From Octopus vulgaris (Eukaryota), in NCBI GenBank assembly GCA_951406725.2, contig OX597824.1, positions 31,930,001 to 31,994,000 of the forward strand: a stretch of 64,000 nt of DNA. Reading direction: 5' to 3'. The position numbers and the translations under genes are program-made. Below the pieces are notes generated by a model. That model saw only the letters and a program-made list of their open reading frames with translations, searched no databases and was not told where the DNA came from. Below, piece by piece: positions 1 through 12,862 of the stretch; the stretch's first letter is position 1; each line of letters starts with the position of its first letter.

Positions 1-276
1 CTGTAATTCGTTGGTATATTTGCGGAATTTAATTTTCCTAATAAGCTCGAAAAGGTCTTTCTCGAAGGCTTCTAATTCCGGAATAGGTGGCGGGTTTCTG
101 GGAGATTTAAATCCATATTTGTTTCCTTCTATTTTCTGTTTAGTATCAAAGAAGAAGGCTTTCCATCTCAATCTTCGAATAAACTCTTCCGTTTTCTCTA
201 TAAGACCTTTGAGATATTGCTTCCGTGCAGGGATAGGTATATTTTTCTGAGAAAAATCCAGCGGGTAAAGTTCCAT
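1..276 (-). mobile_element. Penelope-like element ORF, N-terminal portion (runs off the window start)
   Basis: Open frame from ATG at 276 to base 1: MELYPLDFSQKNIPIPARKQYLKGLIEKTEEFIRRLRWKAFFFDTKQKIEGNKYGFKSPRNPPPIPELEAFEKDLFELIRKIKFRKYTNELQ. The KNIPIP/RLRWKAFFF/YGFKS..PP..EL..FE.DL pattern resembles PLE N-termini of aquatic invertebrates (from recall). A hammerhead motif lies just upstream on the same strand. Confidence 0.75.
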
Positions 277-442
277 CTTTTTCAGCTGTTTGTTCTTCCT
301 ACTTGTGCAGAGTCGCTCAAACTTTTATAAGGAGCGGGTTACACCGGAGTAAACACATAAATGTGAAACAAGGTGGAAAAAAGAGTACTCAAATACCAGT
401 GGTAGAGTAATATGCTTTATTTAAAGCAGCAGAAAATTCAAC

Positions 443-489
443 AAAATCTGTTACTCTGAGTTTCTCGTTGCTGTTCATCAGACAGTTTT
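443..489 (-). ncRNA. Type I hammerhead ribozyme motif (PLE pLTR), stem II degenerate
   Basis: Minus strand reads aaaactgt-CTGATGA-acagcaacga-GAAA-ctcagag-TA-acagatttt. Core boxes are intact, stem I pairs (aaaa.ctgt/acag.tttt) and stem III is short. Confidence 0.7.
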
Positions 490-580
490 TGCTAGAATGG
501 AACCGATATATCAATTCAATCTAGACTCTTACAAACGCTACACCTTTAAAAAAAATATATAAATATATATATACACATAA

Positions 581-673
<93 letters not shown>

Positions 674-677
<4 letters not shown>

Positions 678-2906
678 ATCAAGCCCTATGCATAGCACTC
701 GTGGAAACTCACCTCAGCCCTGATATAGAGGACGCAGAAGTACACATACCAAACTATGCCATACTGCGAACAGACAGAAGGGAAAGGAGCCATGGTGGAG
801 TTGCTGTATACATTCGAGATGACCTCACACCCCAGGTCTTAATGACATACTCAAATTCGGTATGTGACACTTTAATTGTATACATAAGACAACATAATAT
901 AGTCATATGCAATACATATTGCCCACCGGATGCCCCATATCACATAGGCAAGTTTGAAGATTGCCTCACAAGAATTAAAGAAATACTCATGAATCTGGAA
1001 CACCACGTGAGCATATTTCTTATGGGTGATTTCAACTTCCCCAACGTCAAATGGCCCGAAGGTCTGATACTCTCAGGAATGAATCATTGCAAGCAAGTAC
1101 AGGTGGAGTCCCTGCTCAACCTCACCAACGCCTTATTCATGGAGCAAGTTGTACTCAAACCAACTAGGGTGAATAACATTCTGGATCTCTGCTTCACGAA
1201 CAATATGGACATCATTCATGATGTGAAAGTGACACCGACATTAGTTTCAGATCACAACATAATAGAGCTGTCTATGTTTGGGCCAAAAGTAACCAGAGAC
1301 ATACAGCCTCTAGGAAGCACCCGAAATCTCTCCAATCTGAACTTCCACAAAGCAGATTGGAAATCGATCCAAAAAGAGATCCTCAGAGAGGACTGGCCGG
1401 AATGTCTCTCCACACCAGACATTGACACGAAACTAGAATGTTTCATGTCTTCTGTGCAAGCCGTATGCCAGAAATATGTCCCAGAGCACAAGGCCGAAAC
1501 AAATAGGAGCAAGATTCCAAGAGATAGGAAGATCCTCATGAGACGACGGACGAAGGTTGCAAATCGTCTCAACCAACATCCCAAAACTAGCGAAACGTCC
1601 TGCCTAAAAACAACACTGATGGAGATCGAAAAAAGGCTACAACAATCCTATGTGAGGGAGAAAGCAGACAAAAAAGCCTGGGTTATAAAAAACATTAAAT
1701 CAAACCCAAAGGCCTTCTTTCATTACGCGAAAGAAACAGTCTCAGTGCACTACAAGATAGGACCCCTCCTCCAAAAGGATGGCTCCCTCACAGACAGTCC
1801 AACTAAGATCAGTGAGATGCTGAATTACCAGTTCAAAAGTGTCTTTACCACCCCGTTGGAACACAGACAAGTGAACGAACCAGTGGACTTCTTTGCCGCC
1901 TCACCTATAACCAGCGAGGCGGTTACAATAGAATGTATTGACATTAGCGAAGATGTCCTACTAGCCATAGATGAAGTGGACACAAACTCAACTGCTGGTC
2001 AAGTTGGTTTCCCAGCTATCCTCCTCAAAGCGAGTAAGCATGCCCTGGCAAAACCCCTCAAGATTCTCTTCCAGAGCTTTCTTGCGAATGGCAAACTGCC
2101 AAGCAAGCTGAAGGAGGGAATAATATGCCCAATACATAAAGGGGGAAGTAGAGCAGATGCCAAAAACTATAGGCCTATCTCTCTGACTTCACACATCAGC
2201 AAAGTCATGGAACGGATAGTCAGAAAAAAACTAATCGCATTCCTTGAGGAAAATAACTTGCTGAGTGATGCCCAGCATGGTTTTCGACAAGGTAGGAGCT
2301 GCCTGAACCAGCTCTTACAACATTATGACTGGGTGTTGAGGCCGTTACTCAACAAATCAAATGTGGACGTAATCTACCTAGATTTTGCAAAAGCTTTTGA
2401 CAAGGTGGATCATGGTATGATATGCCACAAACTGTGTGACCTCGGCATAGCTGGAAAACTTGGAGTGTGGTTGCATGACTTCCTGAAAGATAGGAGTCAG
2501 GCAGTAGTGGATAATGGAGCCACCTCTATGAACACACAAATAGTGAGCGGTGTCCCACAGGGCATTGTCTTGGGACCACTGCTTTTTATAGTGGCCCTCT
2601 CAGATATGCCCTCAAATGCCCGGATAGCCACTCTGGCAAGCTATGCAGACGATACGAAAGTCTCGCAGAAAATACAGAACCCCAGCGATGTTGCACACCT
2701 GCAGCAGGAGTTGGACTCAATCTACAGATGGGCTGAGGATAATAATATGCAGTTTAATGCTGAAAAATTCCAGGCCCTGCGCTACCAGCATCCAAAACTG
2801 AATATTAAACTTACAGGATACACCGGTCCACAGGGAATTTCAATCCCAGAGCCTAAGTCTGTGAGGGACCTGGGTATCGACATGAGTGATGATACCTCTT
2901 TCCATG
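674..2906 (+). mobile_element. CR1/Jockey-group LINE ORF2 (APE endonuclease + RT), truncated at both ends by (TA)n arrays
   Basis: ORF 701..3034 has ETHL, GDFN, LDL and SDH (APE), plus NYRPISLTS, QHGFR, YLDFAKAFDKV, GVPQG and YADD (RT). The tail of the ORF runs into (TA)n. Confidence 0.95.
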
Positions 2907-2918
2907 ATGGCGACAAAG

Positions 2919-2970
<52 letters not shown>

Positions 2971-3304
2971 GTATATGTATATATATATATGGCATTTTGT
3001 CGCCATATATATATATATATATATATATACATAGATACTTGCGCCAACAAAAAAACACCAAACTTCAGGATTTTCCCCCTCTACCAATTTAGGGACGATA
3101 CAACCTCGAGACAACGAATAAGTAAAGAAAATCTCTTTATTACAAAATACAAGCCACTTCTTAACGGGTCTACGACAAACAATTAATATACCTCAACTTT
3201 AGAATAAAAGAAATATATACACACACAAATATTACACTCCATAGAATCCATTACTAATCAGCCCCATCACAGCTATACTTTCACCCATTCATATTCTCCC
3301 TTCT

Positions 3305-3480
3305 CTGTTTCTTTCTTCTTCTTCTTCCTCTTCTTCTTCATCATCATCATTATCATCATCATCGTCGTCATCATCATCACCACCATCATCACCATCATCT
3401 TCTCCTTCTCCTTCTTCTTCTTCTTCTTCATCATCATCATCAACATCGTCATCTTCTTCTTCTTCTACTTCTCCACCTTC
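3305..3480. repeat. (TTC)n/(TCA)n compound triplet microsatellite
   Basis: Seen directly; it produces the spurious acidic ORF 3289..3498. Confidence 0.9.
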
Positions 3481-3808
3481 CACCCTTAACCTTGTCACTA
3501 ATGTCTTTCAGTATAACGCCTACGCAAATTCCATAAACAATTCCTGAATTGAACTGCGACTACTGTCAGCCACTGACCATTCAAAATACGACCATCAAGG
3601 CATTCCCAGATTTCCCCACCCCTCTCCACATCAGCCTCCTTATTCTTCACCTACCCTACCAAGAACTCACAACGACCCCGAACACACAAGTGCAAACAAG
3701 GGAGTCAGAGAAAGGCAGAATGCTACTTATATCTGAACACTACTATAGAAATATTCTTTTAAAAAAACTTTTCTTCTAATTTTTCTAAATTTAATTATTT
3801 AATCGTTA

Positions 3809-3846
3809 CAGTTGAAAAGGTCTCAAAATGACCGAAACCGGTACTG
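3809..3846 (+). ncRNA. Degenerate minimal hammerhead motif
   Basis: cag-TTGAAAA-ggtc-tcaaaat-gacc-GAAA-ccgg-TA-ctg. All three stems pair, but the first core box has two changes from CTGAAGA. Confidence 0.6.
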
Positions 3847-3934
3847 AAAGATTCACTATAAAATTATCTTAGCATTTTCTATTTTTGACTTGTTTTTTTC
3901 ATGTATATATATATATTTATATATATATATACAC

Positions 3935-4745
3935 GAGAAAGAAGCAACAAGAATGGATTAGTTTTTAGTACAATTGTTTCATACAAAGACAGGCTTTATT
4001 AAAAGTTGCAAAAATTGCAGCAGATAAAAGTGTCCCGTACTCATCAGCTAAAATACATATGAGTTCTCCAAACATCTTAGTGGGTGAGGCTATACTCATG
4101 AAGTATTGGAGATAATTTCATTAAAAGCAGATTTAGGTTGCAAACAGATTTCCGAAGTTCCTTAATGATGATGCACAGTCTTATCACAGGTTTTTAAAAA
4201 AAGCTTATTAGCTTCACAGAGAAGGTGAATTAATCCGTAGTGTAGATGTAAATTTCCAGAGATATGAGGAGGAATTTCATACTCACAGACGATGAATTTA
4301 TCCATGGTTAATCCACAATGAGGTGGGTATCATTTCATGCTATATGATAAGGTATTTGCCACATTACTGTTCTCTTCACAAGACTGCTAAGTTATGACTT
4401 CTAAAGGCTGAAGGAATTTTTGTGGAGCAAAGAAAAGAAAAGAAAGGAAAGAGAAGAAAAGAGACAAGGAAAAGGAAATAGATAAAAGAAAAAGGAAAAA
4501 AGAAAAAAGGAAAAGAAAAAAGAAAAAAAGGGGAGAAGAAAAGAAAAAAGAAAAAGAAAAAGAAAAAAGGGAAAGAAGGGAGAAAAGAAAAAACGCCCAC
4601 ATAGAGTATACTGTGACAACTTAGAGGGAAAGGGGTTCTAAAGTGACCTACTACACAGAAGAATTTGTAGACGGCCTGGCTGGCTTGAATTTGCAAGAAT
4701 CCAGGAACTAAATAATATTCTCCTTATAGTTCCTGGATTCTTGCA
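3935..4745 (-). mobile_element. Non-coding HHR-bearing element (PLE pLTR/retrozyme-like) in a (TA)n array
   Basis: Bounded by TA arrays, carries an intact HHR core near its 3' end and a 19-bp fold-back at its 5' end. No convincing ORF. Confidence 0.55.
3966..4050 (-). ncRNA. Type I hammerhead ribozyme with extended stem II
   Basis: tag-CTGATGA-gtacgggaca...tgtctttgtat-GAAA-caattg-TA-cta. Canonical core, palindromic stem III and a long stem II. Confidence 0.75.
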
Positions 4746-4749
4746 TATA

Positions 4750-4805
<56 letters not shown>

Positions 4806-4865
4806 GACAAAGTGCCATATATATATACACATATATATATCTTTCTTTTATCTTTCTTTTTATCT

Positions 4866-5255
4866 TTTACTTGTTTCAGTCATTTGACTGCGGCCATGCT
4901 GGAGCACCGCCTTTAGTCGAGCAAATCGACCCCGGGACTTATTCTTTGTAAGCCCAGTACTTATTCTATCGGTCTCTTTTGCCGAACCGCTAAGTGACGG
5001 GGACGTAAACACACCAGCATCGGTTGTCAAGCAATGCTAGGGGGACAAACACACAAACACATACACACACATACATATATATACATATATACGACAGGCT
5101 TCTTTCAGTTTCCGTCTACCAAATCCACTCACAAGGCATTGGTCGGCCCGGGGCTATAGCAGAAGTCACTTGCCCAAGATGCTACGCAGTGGGACTGAAC
5201 CCGGAGCCATGTGGTTGGTTAGCAAGCTACTTACCACACAGCCTCTCCTGCGCCT
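4866..5255 (-). mobile_element. tRNA-derived CORE-type SINE (family A, octopus OR-like)
   Basis: tRNA-like head with A/B-box-like motifs, a CORE-like cttgggcaagt segment and a tail ggcggtgctccagcatggccgcagtcaaatgactgaaacaag. Multiple copies occur in the window. Confidence 0.85.
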
Positions 5256-5290
5256 ATATATATATATATACACATATATATATATATACA

Positions 5291-5323
<33 letters not shown>

Positions 5324-6208
5324 TTATGTGTAGATATATAGGTATATAAGTACGTATGTATGTGTCTATATATATATATATATATAGATTCTTGTCGGTT
5401 TATAATAAATAAGCATGTATACACCGACAAGATATATAAACTTTGTAACATTTGTTAAATCACATATTATGTTTTAGGGGTATATAGATATAATAATGAA
5501 TAACTCTAGTTTCTTTTTTAAAAATAACCCTACATTTGTTCTGGTATTTTGATGTATTATTTGCTTGGATTGGGTTTTTGCAGAATTTGAGATGTGGGCG
5601 TGCATGTGTACCTGTAATTCTGTCTGTGTGTGTGTCGGCGTACGTTTATTCATGTTTTTGTGGGTGAATTTGCGTGTGTGTGTGTGTATGTGTGTGCGGG
5701 TGTATATATGTATGTGTATGTGTGTGTGTGTATGTATGTATTGGTGCGGTTTTCCAAACCTGTATGTATTTGTTGGTGTTGTGTGTGTGCGTGTGCATAT
5801 GGATGTGTATTCGTGTTTTCTTATGGAGTGTATTTGTAAGTGGGAGGATGTGTACGTGTGTCTGTTCTTGTAGGGTGTATTTGGGTACTTGAGTGTGTGT
5901 GTGCCTGTATGTATGTATTAGATTTGGGTTTGTAGGTGTGTGTCTGTTGCTTATGTGTGTATTTGTGTGTAGGTGTTTGGGTGTAGAAGTGCATATGTGT
6001 GAGTCTTTGTACAAGTGTTATTGTCGGTGTGTGCAGGGAATAAGCATGTGCACACCGATAAGATGTGAATTGCATAACATTTGATAGATTATATATCGTG
6101 ATTGATGGTGCATAGTTGTAGTAATGAGTAGCTCCGGTTTCTTATCAGATAATGACCTTCTATTTGTTTTGTATATGGATGTGTGATTTGCTGGGATAGG
6201 GTTTATAC

Positions 6209-9031
6209 CAGGGGCGTGCACTCTCAACTATGCGCTGCATGCCTTCTTTGTTTCAAAGAAAATACGTCCAGCTGTTTTAGAAATATTTTGTCTCCCCTTC
6301 CTCTCCCTCAGTGACTCGTACTTCTGCTTTGATAAATGCTTTGAGAAGATCGCATGACACCCACTCCCTCTCTGTCTGTATTAGTTTTTCCTTCCTTCCT
6401 CTCCCTCTTAGTGACTCGATAAATTTATTGTAGCTTGTCATGCGTTGAGCAGACCGCATGACACTCTCTCTCTCTCTCTCTTTGGTAGTTTGTCCCTCTT
6501 TCCTCTCTCTTTTAGTGACTTGTTTAAAAGATATGCTAGGAGGAATGGTCACCCCTTCTCTCTCAGTGATTCGTCAAATTCAGTAAGGCGTGTCATGCTC
6601 TGAGAAGACCGCATGTCACGCCCCTCTGTCTATTTTGACCGGAACAAGAGCAAGCCCATAATTCTTGAGTTAGCCAGCTGAATTGTTGGAAAATTTTGGC
6701 ATGTAAGTTTGGATTCTTTTATCCAAAACATCCGTTTGCACTATTATATTTTTGGAGTGCTTTGTAAACAAAAATATAATCTATATTATATTTCTTATTT
6801 CAGAAATAGCTAATTAATCTTAAATTAATTTAACAAAGGGTATTTTTCCGTTTTGTTGAAATTGACTTACAATTTACGCCGGCGCTTCCATCTGGGTCCT
6901 TATATAAGAGCAGCTTTTTTCAAAATGAGTGAAATGTGTGTTATAAACGATATTTTGAGAAATAGTTTTTCGAAAAGAGACTTCGATGGAAAATAATTAA
7001 TTATAAATGGTGGGAGACCAACACCGAATTTACCTAATTTGCGAAGCTACAAGAAATTCACGAGACAATTTCAGGTTAATTCATATGAAAAGAAGAAATG
7101 GTTAACTGGAAGTGTTGCTCTTAATAAATTATTCTGTTGGCCGTGTTTACTTTTTGGCTTAGAAAAAAATGTTTGGAATGATAAAGGCTATGATTATTTA
7201 AATAATTTACATATGGCTATGCTAAAGCACGAGCGTTCTCAAAGGCATATAAAATGTTTGATAGACCTTAAAATATTCGGGAATGTTCGCATAGACTTAC
7301 AATTAGATGCACGTAAAAATCAAAGCATACATCATAATGAGAAAGTTAGACGAAACAGATCCATTCTGCAACGATTGATCGATGTTGTTATTTTTTTAGG
7401 CCTCCAGGAATTATCATTTTGGGGTCATTTTGAATTTGAAGAATCTAATAATTGTAGAAATTATAAAGAACTCTTCAGTAAATATGACAAAAAAATTAAC
7501 AAGCCATCTAGATACAGCTTCTATCTTCTCTGGTCTCTCAAACAGAATTCAAAATGACTTGATCGATGCAATTCAAAAGGTTATATTGAATGAAATACAA
7601 AATGAACTTAATCAGGCTAAATTTGTTGCTATTGTTGTTGATGAAACATCTGATGTATTGGCATATTCACAACTGTCAACTGTTTTACATTATGTTACAG
7701 AAGATTGTGTTACGAAAGAACAATTTACCGGTTTTAATGATGTTAGTGCAGATCAATCTGCAAATGCTTTATCTGAACATGTTTTTAAATGCTTTGAAAC
7801 ATGGAAATGCAGAAAGAAATTGATTGCACAAACCTATGATGGCACCACTACAATGGCAGAACAATTAAATGGGTTACAGTCAAAAGTAAGAAAGAAATAT
7901 GAATGTGCGATCTTTATTCGTTGTTGTGCCCATATCCTAAATTTAGTTCTTTCACAATCATGCTCTGCTATGAAAGAATGCAAGATATTTTTCTACAATA
8001 ATAGGACTCGGTACATTTTTTTACGAAATTACCGAAAAGGGCTAATGCATTAGATAACATTGTTAAAAAAAGATTTCCGAAAGCAACAGCAATTGGATGG
8101 AACTACTCTCACGTCTTATTATCACAAAGGAAAATTATAATTTCATAATCAAGCCTTTTTGAAGACAGCATTGAAAATCTTGAAGCATGGGACAATACCA
8201 CCATAAATTCAGCAATTGGATTCTTACACACTTTAAAAGCTCCTGATGTCTTATTTTTGTTAGAAGTATTCAGTGACATTTTTTCTTTTACTGACGTCTT
8301 ATTTCACATACTCCAGAGTAAAAGTCATGACATAGTGTATTGTAAAGAGCAAATAGATAAAACTAGAACTGTACTCGAAAACAAACTTGATAATTTTTCA
8401 ATCTTTTATGATAGGTTAGGGGAAAAATATGGAGCCGATGCAGGAATCGGAATTCAGAGATCCAAGAATATATCTATTGATCCCCAACGACATTATAGAA
8501 TGCTTTATAACAAAATTATCAGTACAATAGTTGACCAAATAAAAGCACAATATTCATCTTTAGAAGAGTTTAATTTCATGGAACTTTTGAATTTCAACAA
8601 AGTTGATGAGTATTGCAAACAATTTCCTGTGGACTCTTTAGATTCTTTAAGAACAACTTATGGCAGATTTTTTATGTAAGCTCAATGTGATGTATTCAAT
8701 GAAAGATTTTAAAAAACCAAGTGTAAGTCATTTAATGAGTTACATTAACAGCAGTGATCTTGTTGAAGCTATGCCAGAACTCTTCAATCTGTGCAAGTTG
8801 ATTTTGACAATTCCGTCTACCACTGCTTCTGTAGAGTGATCCTTTTCTGCATTAAGTAGAATTAAAACATACCAAAGAAATGCGACAGGAGAAAGAAGAC
8901 TGTCTGGGTTAGCACTAATGTCAATTGAAAAAGATTTATTACAAGAATTGATGAAAAGAGAAGATTTCTATGAAAATGTGATAGATATATTTGCCCAGAA
9001 AGATCGAAGAATTGAATTAATTTATAAATGA
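6209..9031 (+). mobile_element. Decayed hAT DNA transposon (ZMYM1-like/DUF4371 transposase pseudogene)
   Basis: Fragmented ORFs from 6925 to 9031 carry WLTGS..LNKLFCWPCLLF, SNRIQNDLI, VDETSD, AQTYDG, CAHILNLVL and the dimerisation motif TIPSTTASVE*SFSALSRIKTYQRN. There is a putative left TIR CAGGGGCGTGCAC at 6209 and three subterminal repeats (ga[c/t]cgcatg[a/t]cac) at 6345-6620. No right TIR found. Confidence 0.88.
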
Positions 9032-9879
9032 GGTAAATAACATTTTAAAACATTAAAAAAATTAATATATTAAAGAGCATATATTACAGGTTTTGCTTAG
9101 TGTTTGTTATAACGAAAGGTTCAACCTTCTTACATCAGTATTGTTTCGCAGGAGAAATGTTTCGATTTCCTCGTCAAACCTAACCTACATAGATTTCCCT
9201 TTCTGTGCTGCTAGGTGTAGTCAGATGTTGCTACACATCACTGGTCACAACGCGCTTTGCACTGTTTTAGCCTTCAAATGACACCACCCCGCTGGCTAAG
9301 CGAGCAGGCCAACAGAAGAAAGAGTGAGAGAAAGTTGTGGCAAAAGAGTGCAGCAGAGATCGCCAGCACCCCCTGCTGGAGCTTCGTGGAGCTTTAGGTG
9401 TTTTCGCTCAGTAAACACTCACATATTCTACACTTTTACAGAATAAAAGAAGTATTTGATGTTGTTTTCAAATACCATTCAAATATCATGGTGGCATTTA
9501 AAACAAGAAAAATAAGTAACACAAAAACTGTAGTTACATTACTTGACCATCTGAAACAAAGATGCTAAAGTTACATAACTTTACTAAAACAGCCTCTGTA
9601 CTTCTGAATTAGCAAGCTAACCCACGGCACCTAATTATTCTCCTTTTACCAACCTGTCCCTCCACAGTTTCAATTTCTCCTTTCCTCCCCATTTTTTTCC
9701 CTTTACAATCATTAGCCACCAAAAGTTCACACTGAACATATAAAAATTTCTCTAATCTGAGAATGCCAGCAAGTTGGTATGGGATTTGTTTTGCTGTTAT
9801 AGATTCCTCATTATTGTTTAATGTACATTTTCTTACTAGCATGGGATGGATGGATGGTTGGACAGGATCTGATGAACAG

Positions 9880-10112
9880 TAAGGTGGCAAGCTGGCAGAA
9901 ACGTTAGCACACTGGGCGAAATGCTTAGCGGTATTTCGTCTGCCGTTAAGTTCTGAGTTCAAATTCCGCCGAGGTCAACTTTACCTTTCATCCTTTCGGG
10001 GTCGATAAATTAAGTACCAGTTACGCACTGGGGTCGATGTAATCGACTTAATACCTATGTCTGTCCTTGTTTGTCCCCTCTATGTTTAACCCCTTGTGGG
10101 TAATAAAGAAAT
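9880..10112 (+). mobile_element. tRNA-derived SINE (family B, MetaSINE-like central domain) with 16-bp TSD
   Basis: Head ggc(a/g)agctggcagaaacgttagcac, B-box gagttcaaattc and central ctttcatcctttcggggtcgataaattaagtaccag. TSD aggatctgatgaacag at 9864-9879 and 10113-10128. Confidence 0.88.
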
Positions 10113-10593
10113 AGGATCTGATGAACAGCAGAGCAGTGTCTGGTCCCAATGTCAGCCTTGCATTGGTTTCTATAACTGGATGCCCTTTCTAATACCAACC
10201 ACTTTACAGTGTGTACTGGGTGCTTTTTGTCATGCATTGTTGAAGTTGCTGAGTAACTTGCAAGACAAAATAAAGAAAGGAAAAGCCCTCTTGGTTAAAT
10301 GGGAGTGTATTTGAGAGAGGAGGTGGTGGTTTTATCACAGGGGTTGAAAACTAAAGTATGAAGAAGGAAGGCAAGCACAAGTGTCTTGCTATAGACGAGA
10401 TTCATAGCTACACTGCATTATGTGAGGATGACTGGTAGTAGTAGAAAGAGAGATAAAGGATAGTGGTAACAGAGTACCAGAATGTACTCTTCAAGGTAGA
10501 GGAAGATGAGTAAGAGAGAGAATATAATCTGTAGATCAGGTAGGAAGGAAAGATTAAGAAATCAAAATATTTATTGTTTCTCTCTTTACTCTC

Positions 10594-11149
10594 TTTTACT
10601 TGTGTCAGTCATTTGACTGCGGCCATGCTGGAGCACCACCTTTAGTCGAGCAAATCAACCCCAGGACTTATTCATTGTAAGCCTAATATTTATTCTATCG
10701 GGCTCCTTTTACTGAAGCGCTAAGTTATGGGGACACAAACACATCAGCATCGGTTGTCAAGCAATGTTGGGGGGAGAAACACAGACACACAAACATATAC
10801 ACATACATACATATAAAGACCCCCTTCGGTCATGAATGACCATGGGATTGCACCTAGAAAGTTACCCTCCTAGACACAAGTCCGGGCAAGGTTGTTTATG
10901 GAAGACCAGCAGTCGCCCATGCATACCGGCCTCCCCTCTCCACGCCACCAGTGTTATCCAAGGAAAAGACAAAGGTCGATACAGCTTGGAACCAGTGACG
11001 TCGCAACTCATTTCTACAGCTGAGTGAACTGGAGCAACGTGAAATAAAGTGTTTTGCTCAAGAACACAACACGCAGCCCGGTCCGGGATTCGAGCTCACA
11101 ACCTCACGATCGTAAGCTCAACGCTCTAACCACTGAGCCATGCACCTTC

Positions 11150-11202
<53 letters not shown>

Positions 11203-11370
11203 CATACGCCGGGCTTCTTTCAGTTTCCGTCTACTAAATCCACTCACAAGGCTTTGGTCGGCCCGAGGCTATAGTAGAAGGCACTTGCCCAAGGTGCCAC
11301 GCAGTGGGACTGAACCCGGAACCATGTAACTCATATGCAAGCAACTTACCACACAGCCACTCCTACGCCT
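10594..11370 (-). mobile_element. Family A SINE interrupted by a nested family C SINE (10818-11150)
   Basis: The outer parts match 4866-5255; the inner part matches 61172-61520 and has a tRNA-like head. Confidence 0.85.
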
Positions 11371-12368
11371 GGGGAAATCTTTAAAATTAGTGAAGGTAAA
11401 ACACTGAAAATTGGGACTAGCACAGTCTATTTTAAGACAGAGGAGTTAATGAAGGAACAAGGATTAAAGATTATATCATCAGAATATGTCAATAGTTTCA
11501 GTGAGGCACCAAGTAAAAAAAGACCATTTCAGTGAATTCCAATATCCCCTTCCTCATCCTACTTTTTGTTCACCTCACACTTAAGCAAACTTACCCATTC
11601 CCCTGTCCCCATCACCATCAAATTCATCCTCTTGAACCTTGAAGGTATGTCCTGACACCTCATCAACACCATCATCTTCTCTCCTTTTTCCAACTGGGAT
11701 TACCATATATCTCCTCTACAGCACCTGTTCCTATCTTTCAATCATAATCTTGCCTTTTAACACAACACAAGCCTTCTCCCTTTATACTGCATCCACCTCA
11801 ATCAAAGGGTCCTCTCTTGTGAGCTACTTAGCAACATTATTAGTACTGGTAACATAAAAAAGCACCCAGTGCACTCTAAAAAGTGTTTGGCATTAGGAAG
11901 GGCATCCAACTGTAGAAACCATGCTAAAACAGACAATGGAGCCCAGTATGCTCCAGGCCTTACCAGCTTCTGTCAAACCATCCAACCCTTGCTAATATGG
12001 AAAATGAATGTTAAAGGACGATGATGATGTTTACACCTAAAAAAGGTGGAATGGTCATGAGTGAAAAGCCGTTTAGTATTGGACTGCTTGACAAGGGCTG
12101 CTTGATAACATAGAACTTTGAGTTTAAAAAATACTTCATTGGTAAGGAGCCAACAACTGAGGCTCCGTGTTGTCATTCAGTTTACTATAATTGGCAGCCT
12201 AAGAGTAAATACACCTGGTTATAACAAATTTATGTTATATGAATAAATTTGTATCACATAAAACTTCACTTGATAAGTATCTCTGCTGTTACAGCAAAGA
12301 ACTATAATAAACAGGGGGAGCTGGAGAACTGAGCCCTAATGAATACCTACCAGCACACTAAACTCTCT

Positions 12369-12862
12369 AAGATGGCGAGCTGGCAGAATCGTTAACACGC
12401 CGGGCGAAATTCTTAGCGGTATTTTGTCTGCCACTACCTTCTGAGTTCAAATTCCGCCAAGGTCGACTTAGCCTTTCATCCTTTCAGAGTCGATTAAATA
12501 AGTACCAGTTCCGCACTGGGATCGATGTAATTGATTTAATCCCTTTGTTTGTCCCCTCTATGTTTAGAAATATGAAACATTAGCATGCTAAACTCTTTAC
12601 TAATACATTGCCAACTGTCCCCTTGGTGATGGCAACCGAGCTGGCAGAAACATTAGCACGCCCGGCGAAATGCGTAGCTGTATTTCATCTGCCGTTACGT
12701 TCTGAGTTCAAATTCCGCCAAGGTCGTCTTTGCCTTTCATCCTTTCGGAGTCGATAAATTAAGTACCAGTTATGCACTGGGGTCGATATAATCGACTTAA
12801 TCCGTTTGTCTGTCCTTGTTTGTCCTCTCTGTGTTTAACCCCATGTGGGTAGTAAAGAAATA
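12369..12862 (+). mobile_element. Two adjacent family B SINEs (12369-12570, 12638-12862)
   Basis: Both match 9880-10112; the second is flanked by the direct repeat gatggcaac. Confidence 0.85.

Larger units (their letters stand above)
3028..3902 (+). mobile_element. Penelope-like element 3' fragment (GIY-YIG C-terminus, UTR, pLTR)
   Basis: HIDTCANKKTPNFRIFPLYQF...KENLFITKYKPLLN* is typical of a PLE endonuclease end. It is followed by a triplet-rich UTR and a degenerate HHR, with (TA)n on both sides. Confidence 0.7.

Noticed and set aside
3289-3498. Acidic D/E-rich ORF
   Set aside because: It is a triplet microsatellite in a PLE UTR.
9864-10128. Two CTGATGA boxes suggesting hammerheads
   Set aside because: They are the 16-bp target-site duplication of a SINE, with no stem II/GAAA arrangement.
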